Shown here piece after piece: positions 1 through 8,983 of a DNA stretch of 51,191 nucleotides (within the stretch, counting starts at the first letter, position 1; the number at the start of each line of letters is the position of its first letter). Below the pieces are notes generated by a model. The model saw only the letters and a program-made list of their open reading frames with translations. It did not search any database and was not told where the DNA came from. The translations under genes were made by a program, and so were the position numbers. Source of the stretch: Bacteroidales bacterium (lineage in GTDB: Bacteria; Bacteroidota; Bacteroidia; Bacteroidales; CG2-30-32-10); NCBI GenBank assembly GCA_050013795.1, contig JBEKEO010000002.1, forward strand, positions 1 through 51,191. The letters are read 5' to 3'.

Positions 1-916
1 CGCCGCAAGGCGGGAGGGTTTTTATTAGCTGGCCTTGAATGTTAGTTATTTCAATTACTGCTTCCTGCCTACTGCCACTGCCTACTTCTTCTTGTGGGCT
101 TTCTATTGTTAAGTTATTTATAGTAGGATTAGGGTAAATTTTAATTTCATTATTTAAAAATATTTCATTGATTCCAACCCCATAACAGCCACTTTCATTA
201 TAAAGTGCAGCAATTTCGCTAGTATTCAGGGCACGATTATATATGCTGATATCGTCAATTTCGCCAGGTGCATATCCGCTGAATGTTGGGTCGCCGCCAA
301 AGTACAGTGGGGTATTATAGGAATTAATCTGTCCGGTAACTGATTTGGATTCAATCAGGTTGTTATTCACATAAAAATTCAAATAACTCCCATCATAGGT
401 GCATGCCAAAAAGTACCAGTTACCTGCAGTCCAGAAACCATTACTTGTTCCTTCCATATTAGCTGTACCGTTAGTTGTAACACAACAACCAAACGAATAA
501 TATGCAGAAGCTGAATGATTACCGCATACTATTAGTTTATATTGATAATAGGGAGCAGCAAAAGAAGTATAATCTTTCGTAACAATGGGGTCAGAACCGG
601 AACCTATAAAATCTTCTGAATAATACCAGGCACAGACACTAATAGCATTTTGTGGATTTAGCGCTGAGGAATTAGCAACTGTAATATAAGCGCTGCTGCC
701 GTTAAAATAATATGCGCTATTTGCACCGCCAAATCTGTCAGTAGCCAGAGTTGCACCGTTTAAAGAGCCGTTGTAACCATGACCACTTTCGTCGTTAGCA
801 TTTCCGCTAAAACAATATCTTGCAACAAGTCCGCTATCAAGTTTAACCTGTGCAAATGCACTGCTCAAGCCAATAATGGCGAGTATGATTGATAATAAAG
901 TAATTTTTGTTTTCAT
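1..916 (-). CDS. LamG-like jellyroll protein with T9SS type A sorting domain (3' end runs off window)
   Basis: Absent from ORF track; manual translation from ATG at 916: MKTKITLLSIILAIIGLSSAFAQ..GLVARYCFSGNANDESG..DRFG..GEIDDISIYNRAL..IKIYPNP..LIKTLPPCG; open to position 1. Confidence 0.85.
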   Translation of the reverse strand, partial: MKTKITLLSIILAIIGLSSAFAQVKLDSGLVARYCFSGNANDESGHGYNGSLNGATLATDRFGGANSAYYFNGSSAYITVANSSALNPQNAISVCAWYYSEDFIGSGSDPIVTKDYTSFAAPYYQYKLIVCGNHSASAYYSFGCCVTTNGTANMEGTSNGFWTAGNWYFLACTYDGSYLNFYVNNNLIESKSVTGQINSYNTPLYFGGDPTFSGYAPGEIDDISIYNRALNTSEIAALYNESGCYGVGINEIFLNNEIKIYPNPTINNLTIESPQEEVGSGSRQEAVIEITNIQGQLIKTLPPCG

Positions 917-965
917 GTTATTATGTTTTATTACTACAAAAATACTACCGATTATTTATATAACC

Positions 966-998
966 AAAAAGCCCATTCTTTATTTAAGAATGAGCTTT
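966..998 (-). terminator. Probable intrinsic terminator after the YVTN gene
   Basis: AAAAAGCCCATTCTT-tattt-AAGAATGAGCTTT hairpin; U-tract on minus strand. Confidence 0.6.
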
Positions 999-1033
999 GG
1001 TGCATTATTTTATTGTATCGTGCTTTGCTATAT

Positions 1034-2692
1034 TTATTCCTTAATAAACTTCTTCACCTCTACCCCTTTTTCAGTTTTCACCTCTACTATATATACCCCA
1101 CTTGGTAATGCCGAAACATCTATGTTTGTTTTATTACTTGTTGTTGCACCTGCCTCGCCGCAAGGCGGGAGGGTTTTTATTAGCTGACCTTGGATGTTAG
1201 TTATTTCTATTACTGCATTCTGCTTACTGCCAACTGCCGCTTGCTGGATTTCTATGGTTAGGTTATCAGTGGTGGGGTTGGGATAAACAGAAACATAAAA
1301 TGAATTACTTAACTCATTTATTCCTGTAACAATAATTGCAGCAGAAGTTGCAGAACAAGCGTTTGAATAGGTTACTGTAACTGAATAATTGCCTGGACTA
1401 AGGGGTGCATAGAATTGCCCTGTTGCGCCGATAATCGGATTACCATTCAGATTCCATTGATAACTTGCACCGGCTGTTGAAAATAATATACTTCCACTTG
1501 GTGTAATTACAGGTTTGGAAGCAGTGTCAACTGTAATAATAAGCGATGAAGTTGCTGTATAGCCATTCGCATCCGTAATAGTTGCAGAATAGCTTGTTGT
1601 ATTTAAAGGGGAAACGGTTTGACAAGAAGAGGTAACGCTATTGCTCCATAAATATTGATAAGGGGGTGTTCCTCCCGAAGCATAAACACAAATTGTTGTA
1701 TCGTTTCCTTTACAAATATTTGCATTGCCGCTTGTATAACTATAAGGATGTTGTTTATATGTGGAAATATAATTTCCTGATCCAGTTGGACTGGCGCCAA
1801 CCATAATTGTAGTTGTAACCATATTTGTTGCTGTGTTTATTACACTTACTGAATTAGCGCCATAATTTGTAATATATGCCTTACTTCCATCGGGACTAAA
1901 ACTTACACCCCAAGGGCTGGATCCTACTGTAATTGTAGTTGAAACAGTATTTGTAACCGTATTTATTACATTTACAGTATTATTACTTCTAATTGTAACA
2001 TATACCTTACTCCCATCAGGGCTCACTGATAAAGTACAAGGCTCTGAATCAACCGGAATTGTAGCCGTAACAGTATTTGTAGTGGTATTTATTACACTTA
2101 CAGTATTAGCAATATAATTATTAATATATAATTCTTTATGTATACTTATAATGCCTGCACCAGCACCAACCGGAATTGTAGCCGTAACATTATTTGTAGC
2201 ACTGTTTATTACCATAAGCGTAGCATCACTATAATTCGAAACATAAATCTTGCTTCCATCTGGGCTCACAGATATACCTATAGGATTATTGCCAACTACA
2301 ATTGTAGCCATAACCGTATTTGTAGCTGTGTTTATTACATTTACTGTATTATCATTATAATTCGTAACATATACTTTGCTACCATCAGGGCTGACGGATA
2401 CACCACAAGGACTATTACCAACCGGAATTGAAGCTGTAACAGTATTGGTTGCAGTATTTATCACACTTACAGAACCAGGATTATCATTATTCGTAATATA
2501 TACCTTACTTCCATCTGCACTTACAGATACTCCATAAGGATTAGTGCCAACCGGAATTGTAGCTGTAACAGTATTGGTTGCTACGTTAATAACTGATACA
2601 GTATTACTACTGGAATTTGTAATATAGGCAGTTTGAGCATTTGTTATCAAGCCAATAATGGCGAGCATAATAACAATGTATATTTTTTTCAT
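1034..2692 (-). CDS. YVTN-family beta-propeller repeat protein with T9SS type A CTD
   Basis: Signal peptide; repeats of VSVINTATNTVTATIPVG..PxGVSVSPDGSKVYVTN; YPNP..G-Y..KFIKE CTD. Confidence 0.9.
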   Translation of the reverse strand: MKKIYIVIMLAIIGLITNAQTAYITNSSSNTVSVINVATNTVTATIPVGTNPYGVSVSADGSKVYITNNDNPGSVSVINTATNTVTASIPVGNSPCGVSVSPDGSKVYVTNYNDNTVNVINTATNTVMATIVVGNNPIGISVSPDGSKIYVSNYSDATLMVINSATNNVTATIPVGAGAGIISIHKELYINNYIANTVSVINTTTNTVTATIPVDSEPCTLSVSPDGSKVYVTIRSNNTVNVINTVTNTVSTTITVGSSPWGVSFSPDGSKAYITNYGANSVSVINTATNMVTTTIMVGASPTGSGNYISTYKQHPYSYTSGNANICKGNDTTICVYASGGTPPYQYLWSNSVTSSCQTVSPLNTTSYSATITDANGYTATSSLIITVDTASKPVITPSGSILFSTAGASYQWNLNGNPIIGATGQFYAPLSPGNYSVTVTYSNACSATSAAIIVTGINELSNSFYVSVYPNPTTDNLTIEIQQAAVGSKQNAVIEITNIQGQLIKTLPPCGEAGATTSNKTNIDVSALPSGVYIVEVKTEKGVEVKKFIKE

Positions 2693-2763
2693 GGCTTTAT
2701 TTGTTCAATGTTCAACGTTTAAAGTTCAGGGTTGCCCACTGCCTACTGCTCCTGCCTACTTTC

Positions 2764-5109
2764 CTATTCTTTTACAAATTTCTTCACCTCTATGCCTTTC
2801 TCCGTCTTCACCTCCACCACATACACCCCGCCTGGGAATGCTGAAACATCTATGTTGGTTTTATTGCCTGTTGCTGCACCTGCCTCGCCGCAAGGCGGGA
2901 GGGTTTTTATTAGCTGGCCTTGGATGTTTGTTATTTCTATTACTGCCGCTTGCGGGCTTTCTATTGTTAGGTTGTTGGTGGCAGGGTTGGGATAAATCTT
3001 TATTAGATTAGAGAAATTTTGTTCATTTATTCCTGTAATAATATTAGGAACCACTTCTACAGTTATTATTGAATTTGTAGATTTCGACAAATACGCAGAA
3101 GAATCGCAATAGGTGCTTGTGCATCCTCCGGAATCGGTAATACTGAGACAAATGGTATAGTATCCTGCCGTACTATATATATGCGATGGGTAAGCAATAC
3201 TATCGTGAGTGCCATCGCCCCAGCTCCATAAATATTTTAATGGCGGAATACCTGTTGCATAATTAGTAACATAGTAAAGATGTGGCGTTGTTATATCGGG
3301 GGCTATTGTAAATATAGCTGAGCAACTCATTGCTATCATTTCAGATAGAGATCGTTTCCAAACACCTAAACCATTGGTTCCAGCAAGAATAGTGTCTCCA
3401 TTTAAAGTCAAGGCTGTTATTTTATTACTTGTTAAACCTGCAGTGACCCAACTACTGCCATAATTAGTAGAAATATATACGCCGTTATTTGTTCCTGCAA
3501 GTATGTTACTCCCATTCACAGTTAATGCGTTAACACAAGTATCTGTTAAGCCCAAGTTCATTTTAGTCCAATTTGCACCATCGTTAGTTGTTAAAAATAT
3601 ACCTCCGGCAGTTCCTGCTATTATATCCGATCCACTAGCAACTAATGCATTAACGGTTGTATCTTTTAAACCATTATTCACTTCATTCCAGTTTGTGCCA
3701 TTATTATTTGAAAAAAAGACTCCATTGCCATTTGTACCAGCAAAAACATTTGTTCCGTTAACTGCTAATGAAGTAACATCGCGAATACTCCAGAAACCAG
3801 AAATCATTGGGCTCCAAGATGCACCATTGTTAGTGGATAAATAAACAAAACCAGTACTACTACCTGCAAAAATATCGGGACCATTTGCAGCTAATGCATA
3901 GACCACATCATATGTTAAACCTGCCGCAGACCAAAGCTGCCCATTGTTTGATGACAATTCAACCCCACTATAGGTTCCAGCAAAAATATTGCTCCCACTT
4001 ATAGTTAATGAATAGGTTCCCCCTGCTGGCTCGGCAGACCAAAACTGACCATTGTTTAAAGATTTATATGTACCGCCATAATAATTAGAAGCGAAAATGT
4101 TGTTACCACTTATTGCGAATGATGTAATATCACTATTTACAAAGGTTGTGCTTACTGCGTAATTCCAATTGCTTCCATTATTTAAAGACCAAAATACACA
4201 ACCGTTACTAGTGCCTGCAACAATATTATACCCGTTTATGGCTAATGAGCGAATGTTAGTATCTAACAATCCCGAATTCTCAGCTGTCCAATTTCCACCG
4301 TTATTGGTTGATAAAAAAACACCATCATTAGTTCCTGCAAATATATTATTACCGCTTATGGTTAATGCAAAAATTTGCCGTCCTGCAGAAGTTGTTAAAC
4401 CTGTATTAACCTTAGTCCAGCTTGCGCCATTATTAGAAGACAAAAAGACACCGGCTCCTATACAATCACCTGCAAAAATGTTGTTCCCACTTATGGCAAT
4501 TGACGAAATATAGGCAGCTGTTAAGCCTGTGTTAGCTGCCGACCAACTCGAGCCATTATTAAATGAGCGGAAGATGTGTCCACTCGAAGTCCCGGCAAAA
4601 ACAGTATCTCCCTTTATAGCTAATGAACGAATATTTGTATCTAACAATCCTGTATTCACAACTGTCCAATTACCGCCTTTATTGGTTGACAAAAAGACTC
4701 CGTTTCCAGTCCCTGCAAAAATGTTATTCCCGCTTATTGCTAATGACATGATATTAAGGACTGTTAAACCTGTATTCTCCGCAGTCCAACTGCTACCATT
4801 ATTTGTAGATAAAAATACGCCATTATAAGCAGTTCCTGCAAAAATTGAATCTCCGCTTATCGCTATTGTTTCAACTTCATTATTGGTTAACCCTGTATTC
4901 ACAGCAGACCAATTATTGCCATTGTCTGAAGATAAATACATACAACCAGCATAATATAAACTCCCAGTTGTTCCAGCAAAAATATTCCCCCCGCTTATAG
5001 AAATACAGTTTATTTGTCTATAAATAGGACCATTAGTTTGATGCCACTGTGCATTTGCAAAACTCACTACACTTGCAAATGCAATAAGAAATAAAAGTTT
5101 TTTACTCAT
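2764..5109 (-). CDS. BNR/Asp-box beta-propeller protein with PKD domain and T9SS type A CTD
   Basis: Many IFAGT..GVFLSxNNGxxW repeats; YLWSWGDG..HIYSTAGYYTICL PKD motif; CTD. Confidence 0.88.
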   Translation of the reverse strand: MSKKLLFLIAFASVVSFANAQWHQTNGPIYRQINCISISGGNIFAGTTGSLYYAGCMYLSSDNGNNWSAVNTGLTNNEVETIAISGDSIFAGTAYNGVFLSTNNGSSWTAENTGLTVLNIMSLAISGNNIFAGTGNGVFLSTNKGGNWTVVNTGLLDTNIRSLAIKGDTVFAGTSSGHIFRSFNNGSSWSAANTGLTAAYISSIAISGNNIFAGDCIGAGVFLSSNNGASWTKVNTGLTTSAGRQIFALTISGNNIFAGTNDGVFLSTNNGGNWTAENSGLLDTNIRSLAINGYNIVAGTSNGCVFWSLNNGSNWNYAVSTTFVNSDITSFAISGNNIFASNYYGGTYKSLNNGQFWSAEPAGGTYSLTISGSNIFAGTYSGVELSSNNGQLWSAAGLTYDVVYALAANGPDIFAGSSTGFVYLSTNNGASWSPMISGFWSIRDVTSLAVNGTNVFAGTNGNGVFFSNNNGTNWNEVNNGLKDTTVNALVASGSDIIAGTAGGIFLTTNDGANWTKMNLGLTDTCVNALTVNGSNILAGTNNGVYISTNYGSSWVTAGLTSNKITALTLNGDTILAGTNGLGVWKRSLSEMIAMSCSAIFTIAPDITTPHLYYVTNYATGIPPLKYLWSWGDGTHDSIAYPSHIYSTAGYYTICLSITDSGGCTSTYCDSSAYLSKSTNSIITVEVVPNIITGINEQNFSNLIKIYPNPATNNLTIESPQAAVIEITNIQGQLIKTLPPCGEAGAATGNKTNIDVSAFPGGVYVVEVKTEKGIEVKKFVKE

Positions 5110-5169
5110 AATGTTTTTGCTTTATAATGTATTCGTGAATACTTCGTATTTCATAGCTTACTGTTTTGT

Positions 5170-7227
5170 TTATTCCTTAATAAACTTCTTCACCTCTACT
5201 CCTTTTTCAGTTTTCACCTCTACTATATATACCCCACTTGGTAAGGCTGAAACATCTATGTTTGTTTTATTACTTGTTGTGGCACCTGCCTCGCCGCAAG
5301 GCGGGAGGGTTTTTATTAGCTGGCCTTGGATGTTTGTTATTTCTATTACTGCCGCTTGCGGGCTTTCTATTGTTAGGTTGTTAGTTGCAGGGTTGGGATA
5401 AACAGCTATATTGCCAGCATTATTATTTATCTCATTTATTCCTGTTGTCATAGGTGAATACTCCCAAACACCGCTACCGTATGTTCCGGCTAAAATAGTA
5501 TCATTTCTTTTTAATAATGAATAAACTGAGGCCGCATAGCCTGTTAAACTACTTGAATTCACAGCTGCCCAGTTGCTGCCATTATTAGTAGACACGTATA
5601 CCCCCCCAACACCACTGTATGGAACTCCAGTTCCCGCTAAAATAGTATCCCCTTCTATGACTAACGTATTAACGTTGGTATTTGTTAAACCAGTATTTAT
5701 AATTGACCAAGTACTACCACTATTCTTAGACCTGAATACACCGTCACCACCAGTACCCGCAAAAATATTTTTCCCATTTATGGCTAATGATTTAATAGGT
5801 TTATGATTAGTAATAGCCGAACTCATTAAAGTATCCCAACGGTTGCCATTGTTTGAAGAAAAATGTACGCCGCCAGCACTACCTGCATAAATAGTGTCTC
5901 TGCTAGTGCTAAAGGCTAATGCATAAATATAAGGATTGGTTAAATTATTATTCACTGCATTCCAAGTACCTCCATTATTAGTTGATAAATACACACCATT
6001 ACCACCAGTTCCTGCAAAAATCTTATTTCCATTTACCACTATTGCATAAGTTTCATATGTTAAGTTTGTAGATGCCCAACTATTGCCATTGTCAGAGGAC
6101 AAATAAATACCACCCTGTGTCCCTGCAAAAATAGTATCCCCTTTTATTGCAAATGCATTAACTTGTGTATTTTGCAAGCCTGTATTCAACATAGTCCAAT
6201 TATTTCCATTGTCTGTAGAAGAAAACACACCACTATAAGTACCAGCATAAATATTATTTCCTTTAGTGGCGAATGCATTTACAATTGTGAAAATTATACC
6301 ATTACTTTTCGGAGACCAGCTGCTTCCATTATTTGAAGATAAAAATACTCCGTTTCCCCATGTACCTGCGAAAATGTTGTTCCCATTTATAGCTAAAACG
6401 ACTCCAAGACCCCAGCTTAATCCTGTATCCGCTGCTGTCCAAGTGCTTCCATAATTTGAAGACAAAAATACACCACTAGAAGTCCCGGCAAAAATATTAT
6501 TTTCGTTTATGACTAATGACCTGACTTCAACCTGTGCTAGATTTGAAGGTAATCCGGTATTTACTGCATTCCAGGTGCTTCCATTATTTGAAGATAATAA
6601 TATTCCGTTTCCAAAAGTTCCTGCAACAATAGTATCGCCCTTTATGGCAATCGACATAAAATCATCACTTCCTAATCCTAAACAATTCCAAGTGCTTCCA
6701 CCGTTTGTAGATGAATACACTCCATACCCATCAAGTGCCGCAAAAATACTATTTCCCCTTATGGCTACTGAACCGATATTTGATGATGACAAGCCTGACA
6801 AAGACCATGAGTTTCCATTATTTGTAGTCATATAAACTCCGGGGCTTGTCCCGGCAAAAATAGTGTCTCCACTTGTACTTACGGCTATTGTATTGATAAA
6901 AAGATTTGAAAATCCTGTATTCACCGCTGTCCAACTGCCCCCATTATTTGTCGATAAAAACATGCCATTACCACCTGCAAAAATGTTGCTCCCGCTTATA
7001 GCTATTGCTTGTATATTTTTGTTTGTTAAACCTGTATTCACCGCCGTCCAATTAGTTCCATTGTTAGTTGACAAAAATATACCATTATCAGTGCCCGCAA
7101 AAATATTGCTTCCGCTTATAGCGATACATTGTATATTTCCACCACAAGGACCATTAGTTTGCTGCCACTGCGCTTTTGCGTTCAAGCCAATAATGGCGAG
7201 CATAATAATAATGTATAGTTTTTTCAT
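5170..7227 (-). CDS. BNR/Asp-box beta-propeller protein with T9SS type A CTD
   Basis: SxNNGxxW repeats throughout; paralog of 2764-5109 lacking the PKD domain; CTD. Confidence 0.88.
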   Translation of the reverse strand: MKKLYIIIMLAIIGLNAKAQWQQTNGPCGGNIQCIAISGSNIFAGTDNGIFLSTNNGTNWTAVNTGLTNKNIQAIAISGSNIFAGGNGMFLSTNNGGSWTAVNTGFSNLFINTIAVSTSGDTIFAGTSPGVYMTTNNGNSWSLSGLSSSNIGSVAIRGNSIFAALDGYGVYSSTNGGSTWNCLGLGSDDFMSIAIKGDTIVAGTFGNGILLSSNNGSTWNAVNTGLPSNLAQVEVRSLVINENNIFAGTSSGVFLSSNYGSTWTAADTGLSWGLGVVLAINGNNIFAGTWGNGVFLSSNNGSSWSPKSNGIIFTIVNAFATKGNNIYAGTYSGVFSSTDNGNNWTMLNTGLQNTQVNAFAIKGDTIFAGTQGGIYLSSDNGNSWASTNLTYETYAIVVNGNKIFAGTGGNGVYLSTNNGGTWNAVNNNLTNPYIYALAFSTSRDTIYAGSAGGVHFSSNNGNRWDTLMSSAITNHKPIKSLAINGKNIFAGTGGDGVFRSKNSGSTWSIINTGLTNTNVNTLVIEGDTILAGTGVPYSGVGGVYVSTNNGSNWAAVNSSSLTGYAASVYSLLKRNDTILAGTYGSGVWEYSPMTTGINEINNNAGNIAVYPNPATNNLTIESPQAAVIEITNIQGQLIKTLPPCGEAGATTSNKTNIDVSALPSGVYIVEVKTEKGVEVKKFIKE

Positions 7228-7242
7228 AGCTTATTGTTTTGT

Positions 7243-8523
7243 TTATTCTTTTATAAACTTCCTCACCTCTATGCCCTTCTCCGTTTTCACCTCCACAATA
7301 TAAACCCCACATGGCAATGCTGAAACATCTATGTTTGTTTTATTGCTTGTTGTTGCACCTGCCTCGCCGCAAGGCGGGAGGGTTTTTATTAGCTGACCTT
7401 GGATGTTAGTTATTTCTATTACTGCATTCTGTGGGCTAACTATTGTTAGGTTATTTGTGGCAGGGTTTGGATATATCATTAAATTTTGCTTCGGATTTGT
7501 ATATTTCTCCCAAACAGAAGTTGGAGAATACAGATTAATTGTATATACTTCCTGCCCAGCTAAAGCCATACCTATAGAATCATTTACAAAAAATATTTTA
7601 TAAAATGAACTTAAGGTGCTGGTAGTGTCTTGATGCCATGTACTTCCGCCGTCAATGGTTCTTATTATTTTACCTGAATCTCCTGCAACAAAACCGATTG
7701 TATCATTTAAAAAATAAATGGAATTTAAATTCACAGTTATTCCTGTGTTTAAATATTGCCAACCAGTGCCTCCATTTATAGTTTTAATCATTTTTCCTGA
7801 ATCGCCCGCAGCAAATCCGACATTTGCAGAAATAAAAAACATCTTTCTAATATTCATTAAACTATCATCAAAAACATTCACCCAATTGGTTCCAGCTGTC
7901 ACTGATTTTAAAATTAAATGATTATTTGAATTCAATGAATTATAGGCTGCAATATATCCTGTGGCAGTGTCTGGGAAAAACATTATCTGTGGGGATACCG
8001 TAGTAAATGTGTCTATATTATTGGTTACAATACCGTTTATATATTTACTAATATAAAAGGGTGGGCTAAATCTATAATAAAGTAAAAATAAATGTGATAT
8101 ATCAGTAGCTGAAAAGTCCTGATAATACCCACCTTCACCTAAAACCTGATCCCAACTGGCCCCATTATTACTCGATTTGTCAATATAAATGATACCTTGC
8201 CAATTTCTAATATGAAAATATGTGTTTTGATTTCTGACTACTTCAATTGCTAAAGAACTTATTCCCATATCTGAATCATAATAAACATTACTCCAGGTAT
8301 TGCCATTGTCAATAGTAGCTTGTATATAAACAGAACTATTATCTGGTGACGGATCCCAATTATAACTATACATACCGGAACTAAGTGAAAGAAAATTTGC
8401 ATCACAAAAAGTGCCACTAAAGTATGGTTCAATAAAAGTGCTTAAGTATAAGTAATTATTCCATTGTGCATTAACCTTCAAGCCAATAATAGCGAGCATA
8501 ATAACAATGTATATTTTTTTCAT
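7243..8523 (-). CDS. YCF48-like beta-propeller protein with T9SS type A CTD
   Basis: LNSIYFLNDTIGFVAGDSGKIIRTIDGGSTW repeats; signal peptide; CTD. Confidence 0.85.
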   Translation of the reverse strand: MKKIYIVIMLAIIGLKVNAQWNNYLYLSTFIEPYFSGTFCDANFLSLSSGMYSYNWDPSPDNSSVYIQATIDNGNTWSNVYYDSDMGISSLAIEVVRNQNTYFHIRNWQGIIYIDKSSNNGASWDQVLGEGGYYQDFSATDISHLFLLYYRFSPPFYISKYINGIVTNNIDTFTTVSPQIMFFPDTATGYIAAYNSLNSNNHLILKSVTAGTNWVNVFDDSLMNIRKMFFISANVGFAAGDSGKMIKTINGGTGWQYLNTGITVNLNSIYFLNDTIGFVAGDSGKIIRTIDGGSTWHQDTTSTLSSFYKIFFVNDSIGMALAGQEVYTINLYSPTSVWEKYTNPKQNLMIYPNPATNNLTIVSPQNAVIEITNIQGQLIKTLPPCGEAGATTSNKTNIDVSALPCGVYIVEVKTEKGIEVRKFIKE

Positions 8524-8545
8524 GGCTTTAATTTAAAATAACTAC

Positions 8546-8576
8546 CAAAGGTATAACATTATAAATGTGAAATCAA
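8546..8576 (-). promoter_or_regulatory. Bacteroidota sigma-A promoter for the T9SS cargo array
   Basis: -7 TACCTTTG (8553-8546) with TTG about 20 nt upstream, just before ATG at 8523. Confidence 0.65.
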
Positions 8577-8643
8577 GCAATTTATCTAAAATATTTATTG
8601 AGGCACTTGCGCCAACTCTTATACGAGTCGCAGCAAATCGCAT

Positions 8644-8880
8644 GGGATTACTCACTATTCGCTAACGATTACTCACTATTCGTTAAGGATTACTCACTAT
8701 TCGCTAGGGATTACTCGCTATTCGCTAGGGATTACTCGCTATTCGCTAGGGATTACTCACTATTCGCTAGGGATTACTCACTATTCGCTAGGGATTACTC
8801 ACTATTCGCTAGGGATTACTCGCTATTCGCTAGGGATTACTCACTATTCGCTAGGGATTACTCGCTATTCGCTAGGGATT
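8644..8880. repeat. 21-bp tandem repeat GGGATTACTC(A/G)CTATTCGCTA, 11 full units plus 6 bp
   Basis: Counted directly; units start at 8644 and every 21 bp to 8854; no spacers. Confidence 0.97.
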
Positions 8881-8915
8881 TGCACCGATTCTGTGATTAA
8901 ACAGGAGTATTACAT

Positions 8916-8962
8916 AAAAAAACCTGCCTACCTTGTCGGTAGACAGGCCTTTCGGCAGGTTT
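8916..8962 (-). terminator. Hairpin/terminator after the 8984-9820 gene containing a CCTGCC..GGCAGG-type palindrome
   Basis: AAAAAAACCTGCCTACCTTGTCGGTAGACAGGCCTTTCGGCAGGTTT; U-tract on minus strand. Confidence 0.65.
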
Positions 8963-8983
8963 CAACTTCAAACTCCCAACTTT

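Larger units (their letters stand above)
1034..7472. repeat. Dispersed ~230-bp direct repeat = T9SS CTD coding DNA (approx. 1034-1285, 2764-2995, 5170-5401, 7243-7472; partial at 1-137)
   Basis: Visible near-identity, e.g. gaaacatctatgtt..gcacctgcctcgccgcaaggcgggagggtttttattagctg in every complete copy. Confidence 0.95.

Noticed and set aside
876-7921. Numerous plus-strand ORFs (e.g. 876-1187, 2732-2995, 5111-5401)
   Set aside because: Antisense shadows of the T9SS genes; their mutual similarity just reflects the repeated CTD DNA.
1-8523. Diversity-generating retroelement acting on the repeated 3' ends
   Set aside because: No reverse transcriptase in the window, all repeat copies lie inside genes, and differences are not adenine-specific.
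1-8523. Integron cassette array or shufflon
   Set aside because: No integrase or recombinase, no attC-like sites recognised, and all repeats are direct and coding.
8644-8880. CRISPR array
   Set aside because: Units are contiguous with no unique spacers, and no cas genes are in the window.
8598-8900. 100-aa ORF of DYSLFAR repeats as a real gene
   Set aside because: TTG start, antisense to all neighbours, and open simply because the 21-bp unit lacks a stop in that frame. The A/G toggle is synonymous there, but one site is too little evidence.
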